Shown one piece after another: positions 52,891 through 64,000 of a stretch of 64,000 nt of DNA. Position numbers and translations under genes: made by a program. The DNA comes from Octopus sinensis (taxonomy: Eukaryota): positions 68,696,001-68,760,000 of the forward strand of contig NC_043001.1 of NCBI RefSeq assembly GCF_006345805.1, read 5' to 3'. The notes under the pieces were generated by a model that was not told the DNA's origin, did not search any database, and worked only from the letters and a program-made list of their open reading frames with translations. Position 1 is the stretch's first letter. Each line of letters starts with the position of its first letter.

Positions 52891-54138
52891 TAGGTGTTGG
52901 ACAAAATGGACAATAATGGAAACACCTTATAATATATTTTAATATAGGGTAGGACCGCCTTTGGCAGTAATTACAGCTTGAATTCTACGAGTTATTGACA
53001 CGTACAAAGTTGGAATTATTTCCAAAGGAACTTTTGTCCCTTCTTCAGCTAAAACAGTCTCCAGTACTTGTAGTAATGATGGTGGTAGATATCGACTCCT
53101 TACTTGTTTTGCTGAAATGCACCATAAATGTTCAGTAATATTGATATCTGGGGGCTGTGGTGGCCAGATAAAATGTTCATCTTCACTAGAATGTTCCTTG
53201 TGCCATCCAGTAACAACTTTAGCTGTGTGAATTGGTGCTTTATCATCCTGAAAGATTGCTTTTCTCTCTGGAAACAGTTCAGCAATCATGGGATGAATTT
53301 GATTAGATAAAATGATTTGTCTTGACTATTATCTCTGCCATGACAGGAAACCATTGGGCCGGCAGATTTCCAAGATATAGCCCCCCAGATTATCACAGAT
53401 CCTCCTCCATGGTTAACAGTTGGAAGAAGACAGCCTGGGTCAAATGTTTCTCTTGACTGTCTCCACATGTATACTCGGGCGGCGGTCGGAAATAGGGTAA
53501 AGATTGACTCGTCCGAGAAAATAGCATTCTTCCACTGCTCTAGGGACCAATTCTATAGGTTATTACTCCTATAGAAAGTTTTTGAAAGTAGTGGTTTTCT
53601 GATTGCAGTCCTCCCGTGAAATCCGACTTCGTGCAGCTCCCAGGGAACAGCTTTTGTGGAAACTGAGTTCTCGAGGTGATTATTAAGCTCTGCAGTAATT
53701 TCGGGAGCTGTACAGTTGTGATCCTTTCTAACAATTCGCATAAGAGTCCGACGGTCCCTATCTGAAAGTTTTGGCTTTCTCACGGAGTTTTGCCCCGATG
53801 AGGAGGTTTTTCCCCTTTTCTCAAAGGCCGCCATTATTTTTGAGACACCACTTCTTTATACACCAAACATTTCGGTTGTTTTCATTACGCTAGCGTCTGC
53901 TATACAAGCACCAACGATTTCACTCTTTGAAAGTCCGATATATCTGTCATTTTAACGATTTTTAATTACCTTTTTCTGATGATATCTGAAAAGAAACTGC
54001 AATTTTAGCAAAACATTTTAAGCAACACTAATAATAAAACAAAACATAAAAAATAAACAAGCTTTTGGCGATTTTATAGATATTTCAAAATTATGATGCT
54101 ATGATGCTAGGTGTTTCCCTTATTTTGTCCAATTCCTG
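52891..54138 (-). mobile_element. Full-length degenerate Tc1-like transposon with TIRs and TA flanks
   Basis: HGGGSVIIWGAI, FQDDKAPIH, WPPQPPDINITEHLW, AKGGPT; TIRs at both ends. Confidence 0.92.
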
Positions 54139-54294
54139 TATATCTATCGATTTGTGTATTTGAAGTTATTTAATGGAGATTACTTACACTTGATAGAGCA
54201 TGTGACTTGTTTAAAACATATGAAAACATGTTAGCCACATTCACCTCGGAGCTGTGTTCTATACGGTCATGTATGTATATATCTATCTATCCAT

Positions 54295-54377
<83 letters not shown>

Positions 54378-54424
54378 CTATGAGTGTGAAAATATGGTTG
54401 ACTGATTAATATGGAAAACATCTT

Positions 54425-54505
<81 letters not shown>

Positions 54506-55376
54506 CGTGTGTGTGTGTGTGTTTGTGCGTATCGTGCACACGTGTAAATAGGCGCAGACTTGTGTGCGTTATGTGTACATGGCTGCAGGTCCTGATCCAC
54601 TGCCCTCACCAGCTAAATCCTTGGTAGTCGGGTGCTGAAAGAAGACTGCATATTGTAAACAACTTGGAGATACAAGCGCTACCACTTGATAGGTCCGCAT
54701 ACCGAACAGGCTTACATGACCATGAGGAGAAAATACGTCTCGTTTCGGGGCCTTCCTTTCGACGGTATTATCAACCAACAAATCCTGCGATCAGCCACGA
54801 TGTGACCAACTCTCTAGTCCCCGATCTAATCACAACAACTTTCTAGAATTCCATCACATCTATCCATATCTTCTACCAGGCATCCAGTTATGGAGGTTGA
54901 AAGAACCATTAATGGCATCTTTCTCACCAGTTGAAGAATGTCTATGAAGCGAGGGACATGCCCTTTCCTATAGATCCCACCAGTTAAAACAAATTTGTAG
55001 ATTATGTCAAAACTGTATTTCTGATGCAGTCCGTTACAGCAGTTTCGTTTCGTCAATTAATTTCTTTCATCGGCAATAATCCTATAATCAGCTTTTTTGA
55101 AATATGATTTTACATTTAACTACAGCCGAAGTAAATAAATAAGAACCGTACTGCAGCTAAACAGTCCATTATTTTCTAGAATAACTGCTATACGAGACAA
55201 ACTAATCTTATAAACTATTCCATACAAATAAACGAATCAAATTCAAAACATCCTTGATAAATCCTAAAGTTTATAATCAGTAATCTCAGTAATTGAATTT
55301 CTCTGCTGACTTCTTGTGGAACGACGACACAAAAATGAATTAAAAGAATGTTTATTATATTATCTTTATTTATATA

Positions 55377-55491
<115 letters not shown>

Positions 55492-57011
55492 AGGAATTTG
55501 ATTTAGTAAATCTTATATTTACCTGTTGTTTATTTCTTATATAATCATAGTCTACAGAGGCTGAGCGAGGAATTTTAGGAAAATAATACAAAAAATATAA
55601 AAATCTGGTGATAATGAGCAGAAGTTAAAAAAAAGTAAATAAAAAGACGTGCACATACTCTATATCCACCTCTGTTAACAAAAAACGCATAGGTGTAAAA
55701 GGCTTTTTAAAATGTGTTTTGTACGTTTTATTTTACAGCTAATGCTGATCTAAATCAGCTTGAAATGCTGTTTTATTTTCCTCCTGTTATAAGTAAAGAA
55801 ACTACCATTCATTCATCAGCTTAATGTCATTCAGACAGATTATGGAAAGTACTTTTCACCAGGTGCGTTATCGTTTTTCTAATCATGGCTGAAATTGTTA
55901 ACAGCACTAATATTGACACCAAAGCAACTACTCGATGTCCTACCAATCCCAGTATTTTTACTAAATCTGTGAGATATCTAAGAGGAAATAAAGATTATTG
56001 TATTTCCGTTTAATATTTGCGCTGATACCACATCTACCACTTCACGGGAAATAATCTCGGATTTATTAAAAACATTTTAATAAATTTCTTTTGCGGAATG
56101 ACGAATGGAGTAAGAGCTTTTGCAATTGCTACAAAATGGTATGAATATAATAATAATCTCCAGGCGTGACGTTTTCACTCACAGCTTAATTACTCAATGT
56201 CACAAAGAAAAAGAAAAGGGTGTGATAAATATCATGCATTAAACTCTGGATCCTTGAATCGCTATTGTAACTTTCTGCAAAAATCAAAAATAACATACGT
56301 ACACACTCGCGCGCGCGCATACACATACACATATGGGCAAAATAATTCATAGTAACAAGCAGCATTGATACCAAAGAGTGATCTGGATCTCCAAATTAAC
56401 GTGGAGGTTGAGCTAGAACACAAAAGGACATGTGTTGCATATAACACTCATAATGATATCGTTAACAGAAAAGAATCGTCTGCTACGGTCACCGGAACTG
56501 CCAGATCACGTGATTTCACCCTGCTATGGGTGTATATGCAATCGTAAAGCATTTGAAACACGGAAAATCGAACTCTCCATCTCCGGACGACCACTTCGTA
56601 AGCCGAACTTCACTTGTATTCTAAAATCACCTCCACGTTAAGTTAGAGATCAATATTACTTTTTGGCATTAAATACTGCTTCTGTCGCTATTAATTACCT
56701 TTTAATAAACCCACTAGCTATTTTTGCCACTAATGTTCGAATAGTTACTGAGATTCTATATATATCTTTGACGGGAGATTCGGCTCTTATCAAGCTTTTG
56801 GACATCTGTCTCTGAGAAACACATAGCAAGATGAGATCACGTGACCTGGCAGCTCCGACAGCCGTAGCAGACAGTTCTTGTCTTTCACCAATATAATTAC
56901 GAGGACTTTCCTGCACAAACATTACATTTGAGAGATCTTTTCAAGGTAGCTAACACAACAATCTATGTTCTGACACTGACTCCATTCAGGATGAAGATTA
57001 TAGTGAAGTGT

Positions 57012-57051
<40 letters not shown>

Positions 57052-57324
57052 GATTAACTGTTCTTTACACAAGAAGGCCATCTCTTGTACTAGTAAATGC
57101 CGTCGTGAGATCTCCCATAACTAGCTTTAGTCCAGCGATTGACAGACAGCCCGTACGGCAGATGTTGCAATCAGTTTCAGGTAAAAAATAAAGAAATGTC
57201 TGCGATGGAAGTTAAGTCCCATTTAAGAAGTGGTTGTCTAAAGATGGAGTGTTCGATTTTCCCTGTGTTCAGATGTTTTATAACTGCACATACATACATA
57301 CGTTCGAACGTACGGGCATGCGTG

Positions 57325-57356
<32 letters not shown>

Positions 57357-59397
57357 TTCGTGTATATATATATATATATATCGTTAAAATCAATATAAAC
57401 CGCAAGTTGCTATGCTTCTCTAAGAGAATTATAATTGTTACTAAATGTGACTAGGATGTTAAGAAACATCTAGAAATGCGAGGTAACATGCTCTAATACT
57501 ATAGTTACCACATATGAATCAAAATATATACACAAATAGGGAGCAACCTGAATCGTCCAGAACATGCATACACACACAGACACACACGCACATACACACA
57601 TATAAACACATACACACATACATATACAGGCATGACTGAATTTTTTCCGCGCGTGTGTCTGTGTATGTAAGCGTATCTTAAGGTTTATGTGCCTCTATGT
57701 GTGAATGTGCGTGTGTAAACAAGTCCCCGCCTAACTAGTTCTGTCATACTGATCACTGGTTTCAGTGACGATGACACGCTGTGAAAAAATGCTGGGTTCA
57801 TGAAATCTAGTGTAGCAAATATAGTGTAGCATGAAATTGAGTATAGCTTGATCTTGTAGCAATTCCCATGATCAAGTTTCGTAAGAGGCTTCACTAAACT
57901 ACTAACTTCGTCACAGTTAATACATTTTGGTTTCAGCCTCTGTGACTACAGGTCTCTCTTTACGCTCGAAGGGCAAATTGCACAATACAGTCATGCATAG
58001 CCCTGTACAAATCTAGTTATTTTGACCGTAACCCAGCGGGATGCTGCTCACAACGGAGAAGAGTGGAAGATACATAAGTTCGGGTCATCAACATATTACT
58101 ACCTCTTCGTACTAGTCGCCATCGCTCCTTGAACAGTCGAGAACATCGCTCAGTAGATGGGCTGTTTCTCTCTTTCTTGGTGACAACACTTTTACTCTAC
58201 TATTCATGAAGTGTAGGCGAGATAAATTATTGAATAGGAAATGTAAAAGTTGTTTATTTCAGGATTTTTGCTATCACTTCATTGCGCAACAGTTAGAAGG
58301 AAGTAGTAACTTATATTTTTAAAATTGATTTCAACCAAAAATAACTAAGTTAAACACGAATATTTGCCAAATATATTGATTATTTTTGCACCGGAAAAGA
58401 ATCATTTCTATAAGGAGCAAGAGAAATATATGTTGTTATGTTGTCATAAGATTTTAAAATCTGTATCTTTTCATATCAGATTGGACATCATTGCTGTGAA
58501 CAGAGAAGGCCGTCACATATTAGAATTGTAGTTTGATCTTATACGAAGATTAAACATTTTTATTATTTATTTGAAAGCTAAGTTGGATCAATATAAACGT
58601 CGTTTATATAAGATATATGGTTCAGTAAACTCAGAAGCAATCTGAAATCTGGATATAAATATGATATAATAGCATAAACTGTCGGAAAATTCAGGCAGTT
58701 TGGCATGTTATATAATTAAAGGGATCTCCCGTAAAACTTTATTGTCAAACAAATTTGAATATATTCCAATTTATATAATGGAGGTAGTCTTGGAGGAGAT
58801 ATATATGAGCTTATTACATACAAAGCGCAAAATCATTCTTTAACATGACTGTGACATCGACTGATTAGGTTTTAACTTGAAATGCATTGAAATATTAAAG
58901 AGAATACTTCAGCCACATACAAAAAAGTATGGATTAAGTAGCATGTCTGGTTGATCAAGGTTTTATCTGAAATTTAAAATGGCAATACTAATCTCAATGC
59001 TTTTTGCTTCAAAAACCCATTGAAGCTTCTTAATGTTAATATCAACACCAGGTAGTTTGATGTGGAAATGACACAAAAACATACTTAAGAATATGTAGAA
59101 AATTCCTGACAAGGATCGGGAACCATATATTATTCAATGTCATGTCTGTTATTGCTACAGCTATTCGTTGTTGATAATACTGTAAGTACTTGTGAATTGT
59201 TAGTGGCATTAAAGAAAAAAAAAGAAAGGCCTCTGTAGATATGATGTTGAATGTATTTCTGTGACATTCAGGCAGAAGGAGCTGGAGAGTGGTCGGGAAG
59301 CAAATAATTCGAGAGGTAAGTAGAGATAAATATCCATGGATTAGAATAGATGTAGATAGAATAGAGACCGGCTTCTATATATATATACTTTCTTTTA

Positions 59398-59750
59398 AAC
59401 TTTTACTTGTTTCAGTCATTTGACAGTGGCCATGCTAGAGCACCGCCTTTAGTCGAGCAAACGAACCCCAGAGCTTATTCTTTGTAAGTCTAGTACTTAT
59501 TCTATCGGTCTCTTTAGCCGAACCGCTTTGTTACGGGACGTAAGCACACCAGCATCCGTTGTCAAGCGATGTTGGGAGGACAAACACATACATATACGAC
59601 GGGCTTCTTCCAGTTTTCGTCTATGAAATCCACTCACAAGGCTTTGGTAGGCCCGAGGCTATAGAAGACACTTTCCCAATGTGCCACGCAGTGGGACTGA
59701 ACCGGGACCGTGTGATTGGTAAGCAAGCTACTTACCACGCAGCCTCTCCT
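59398..59750 (-). mobile_element. tRNA-derived SINE (26422 family), empty target site
   Basis: ggtaagcaagctacttaccacgcagcc is intact at about 59718-59744. Confidence 0.88.
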
Positions 59751-59779
59751 ACATATATATATAAATACATACATTCTAT

Positions 59780-60037
59780 TATTCTTTTATTTGTCCCAGT
59801 CATTCTGACTTCGGCCATGCTGGAGCCCTGCCTTTAGTCGAAGGAATCGACCCCAGGACTTATTCTTTGTAAGCCTAGTATTTATTCTATCGGTCTCTTT
59901 TGCTGAACGGCTAAGTTACGGGGACATAAACACACCAACATCGGTTGTCATGCGATGGTGTGGGGACAAACACAGATACATACATTATATATATATATAT
60001 ATATATACATATATGTATATACGACAGGCTTCTTTCA

Positions 60038-60081
<44 letters not shown>

Positions 60082-61020
60082 TATATATACGACAGGCTTC
60101 TTTCAGTTTTCGTCTACCAAATCCACTCACAAGGCTTTGATCAGCCCAAGGTGCCATGCAGCGGGACTGAACCCGGAACCATGTGGTTGGTAAGCAAGCT
60201 ACTTCATTTCATAAATTTGCCATACAGCCTTACAAAGATGTAGCTGCGGGATGGACAATGGCACAAATGATAACGCAATGAAAAAATGAAAAGATGGTTC
60301 ATGGTGGAAGCAGACAACGCCGCTGATTGCTGCTTTCCGAAAACATTGTTCTCTTTTTCTCAACAAAACAAAATGAGGTATTCAACCTCTTACCAAAGTT
60401 CCAAGAATGGACGCAATCGTCCTTAGAGGATGAGGCGCTGAATCTCTTACCCAAAAATAACAAATTCAAATTTTAAATCGAGGCATTAAGGCCTCTTACC
60501 TTTCCTCCCCGACCATGCAACTTGCCTCTCGCAGACAATCCTGCAGTTCTAAGTCGGGGCTCCAGAAAGCAAAACTGTATTGGTCCTTGGGAAAGGAATC
60601 CATCACCCTGAACATATCATTTTCCTTTATGACCTGCGCAGTTACCTGCGGAGGCCAATCCGGGTCTTCTGTCCGGCTCTCTAGCTTCTTCACAAAGCTT
60701 TGTACAGCCTTCCCTTATGAAAGAAGCTCACAAATTCATCCTCCATCATAATAGGAGGGGGCCACAGTTTCCTCCGTTGGTGGCACAAATCCCACCGACG
60801 AGGTTTCAGGACATGCCGGCAGTGTACTACAAATCGCCGGCAATGTCCCATTCTTTTGTTTTTTCTCCCTTGTGCTACGGAAGGGTGTAGTTCTTCCGCT
60901 TTATCCCTCCCGCAGCCTTGGGGTCCTTAGGTGGGCAACCATTGTTGCCCATCTTCCTTTTTTTCCTTTTTTACGAGGTGCGCGTAAGCAAGCTACTTAC
61001 CACACAGCACTTCCTGCGCA
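59780..61020 (-). mobile_element. SINE (26422 family) interrupted in its head by a 779-bp insertion
   Basis: Body at 59780-60204, head at 60984-61020. Confidence 0.88.
60205..60983 (-). mobile_element. Unclassified retro-insertion with a 15-bp TSD
   Basis: gtaagcaagctactt at 60190-60204 and 60984-60998; more GC-rich than the flanks; frameshifted ORF ending at 60496. Strand is inferred from that ORF. Confidence 0.8.
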
Positions 61021-61039
61021 TACACATATATTAATTTCA

Positions 61040-61680
61040 AGGAAGTACCAAATTCTAATCTCCTTCAAAGTAGGATCCTCTGACCTCAATGCACTTATAG
61101 CGCTCCCTGGCACTTCGAAGAGTCGGCATGGAAGTCCTTGAAAGTGAAGCTGTCCAGTACTAGGTCGCATTTTCTTTCATCTCAATGTCTTCAAAACAGA
61201 TGCCCCTGATATTATCCTTCAGCTTTGGGAATTAGCAAAAATGTCCCAGGAGGCAATGTCTGGACTGTAAAGGGTGAGAGACAGTTTTGATGTCCGTCTC
61301 TTTCAAGTAGTTTGTTACTAGGATAGAATTATGTGCTGGTGCATTGTCCTGGTAGAGGTCCCACCGACTCGAATATAGGAGCTGTGGCCTTTTGTAAAGA
61401 AAGTTCTTTCTCATATCCGTGGAAACTATCACAAAGTACTCTTTGTAGACCGTTTGGCCAGGGGAACACAATAGATGTAGATCTTCGATGAACTTGTTTT
61501 GGCTGACACTCTTTGAACATTCTGTCACTTAGTCTTTGTATCATCTTTGGACTATAAAAGTAGATCCAGTTTTCATCGAAGGTAATGAGCTCAACCATCT
61601 GTCAACATGTCAGTTGTGACAAGTAGTGATTTACAGGATGTCTTCAAAGCGCACTTACATCCGTCTCCTTAAATCCTGAA
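61040..61680 (-). mobile_element. Degenerate mariner transposase fragment
   Basis: LITFDENWIYFY, WDLYQDNAPAHNS..VSHP. Confidence 0.8.
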
Positions 61681-62694
61681 TGAAAGGTTATATATAAAAA
61701 TTATATGTGATAAATGTATAAAAAAAATTTCTATTGGTTTGGTAATAGATACGGTTCAGAAAAGATATAGACGAGTAGCGATCTCATCAATATATGTCAT
61801 ATTCAAAATCAAGCATAGATGAAAGTTTGAAAATTGACTGTTATAATATGTATCTTGTAAGACTTACGTATAAACCCTTATTCATGAACATATGGAAATA
61901 AATATTCAAATTAATGTGTTTACACGCTGGCACTTGTATATCTATACATAGTTACTCAGATGTATTTATTTGAATCGCCGTATATATACATATAGCCATG
62001 TGTATGCATATATATATATGTATATATATGTTTGTACTTACACAAATGTATGCATATATATTCGTACATATACACGTGCGTATATCAGCACAACTTATAT
62101 AGTAATAATTACATATATAGACTATGTTAAAGTTATATGTTTTTAATAAATAAATACTATTAGAAAAGATAGGTTGTTAGGGTTAGGTTTTGAGGGGTTT
62201 AATGTTTAGAATTGCTCAGTTAATATGTTAGAAAATGAAAAAAATGGACGAGTGGTGGGAAGGAAACATAAAAGTATCATATAATGAAATAAAACAGAAA
62301 CTAGTAGAATTTAAAGGAGCATGTATTAAGGGATATATTATAATGTAGTGTAATGTGCTTGTAATAATTAGTTATTAGCTATATAAATAGGTAAATTGGG
62401 GATACAGATGTGCCAAAATGTAAACTTGAATTTGAATTTCCATATATTGATGAATAACGACCTATAAGATACATATTATAACGGGCAGTTTTCAAACATT
62501 CATCTATGCTTGATTTTGAATATGAAACATATTGAAGAGATCGCTGTTCATCTATACCTTTCCTGAACTGTATCTGGTACCAAACCAATTGAAACAATTT
62601 ATTAATTTGTATGTATAACCGTTGAATAATAGTTTTATATCTTCTAACCCATCCTTTATTTATTTTATTATATAAATTTCCCCCTTGCATTTCT

Positions 62695-64000
62695 TTTTCA
62701 TCGTGACATCATCCAGTCAGGTCGATTGCCCGGGCTAGCCTGACTACCTCTCTCCTTCCCTCCCGATCTTCCATTAGTGTTTTTAGGTCTCCAACTTGGT
62801 ATCCAACATATTTTGCAAGGTGTTGTATATACGTCTTCTGTGGTCTTCCAGCCGCTGTAGTACCATGATTTGATGTCCACAGCAACACATTACAATTTCT
62901 TCGTTGCTTCTCAAGTAGTAGTCAGCAAACCTCAATCTCTGCTCTTGGATGGTTGAGGAGAGAGTCGATATGTTCCTATATAGCCGTTATTTTGTTGGAA
63001 GTGGCCTCCAAGAGATGTTGAGCAGTGCACGTAACATTCTCATGTAGGAACTGTCCAGCATGCACCTGAGTCTCTTGGTGAGAGGCCAAGTCGAAGATCC
63101 ACACACAAGCGCAGATTCAACAACTGCTCTAAAGAACTGTCTCTTCAAATCATCTGGTAGGATTGATTTCTGTATTGTTCTAAGACCGTCTATAGTTGCC
63201 CAAGCCTTAGCAACTCAAGATTTGATATCTTTTTCAGTGATCACAATATTGTTGCTTAGGTTAGTAAACCCATTTACATTTTTCAATGGTTTGTTTGATG
63301 GTCCTGATTTCACCCGTTGTGTTCAAGGTGATAAACTCTGTCTTCTTTTCATTCACATATAGTCCTATGTTAGAGGCAACATTTTCCAGGAGATGGAGTA
63401 AATGTTTAGCATCTTTTGTGTTATCTACGAAGAGCGCTATGTCATCAGCATAAGCGGCGTCAGTCAAATAGGTTGTCGGATATCTTCCGCTTCTAGACTT
63501 CTGTTAAGTGTAACCCAGATCATAATCGAGACACAAGATGAACAAGTAAGGAGCCAATTCGACACCCTGCAGTACTCCTACACGAACATCAAGAAGTCAG
63601 TATCTCCATCTGGTGACCGCACTTTCGCTCGGGTGTTTATATACAGCATCATTACTGCCTTTTATTGTTTCATCAGGTATTTCTTATACCCTAAGAATTT
63701 CTGCCATCTTATCTCTGTGTACATAATCAAAAGCCTTGCGGAAATCAACAAAGAGCAGAACTGCAGTAAGGTTTTTGGCTTGTACTCCTTCCAACGTCTT
63801 CCTAACTTTGAGAATTTGGCCAAATGTAGAGCGGCTCTTGCTAAATCCATTTTGATTTTCCCTAAGAAATCTTTCAATTTGAGGATGGATTCGATTAAGT
63901 AGCAATGCATTGTAAATCTTCGCTGCAATTGGTGTTAATGTAATTCCTCTGTAGGTTATAGCAGGGCCCAAATCCCCTTTTGTGGGAGAAAGGCAGAATA
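62695..64000 (-). mobile_element. Degenerate RTE-clade LINE RT and 3' end
   Basis: YRGITLTPIAAKIYN, NQNGF..RST, FVDFRKAFDYVHR, AYADDIAL. Confidence 0.88.

Overview
AT-rich, microsatellite-dense animal DNA. The recurring tRNA-derived SINE families look like octopus/cephalopod SINEs (my recognition, not a search result). I cannot support any host protein-coding gene. The window is a mosaic of mobile DNA: a near-intact Tx1/L1-clade LINE (1-5100, minus strand), RTE and R4-like LINE remnants, Tc1/mariner remnants, a non-autonomous Helitron and about 10 SINEs. Two unusual themes stand out. (1) About 20 type I hammerhead ribozyme (HHR) motifs, read by eye, lie in Penelope-like element (PLE) termini and in non-coding fold-back or terminally redundant 350-560 bp monomers that resemble retrozymes. 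They include long-stem-II, palindromic-loop-III and core-variant (U3-A8, U4C, A6U) forms. (2) Two independent insertions, the Tx1 LINE and a 779-bp element with a 15-bp TSD, sit at the same site in the head of the same SINE family. This suggests a SINE-targeting retrotransposon system. All structures and alignments were read manually, so coordinates may be off by a few bases.
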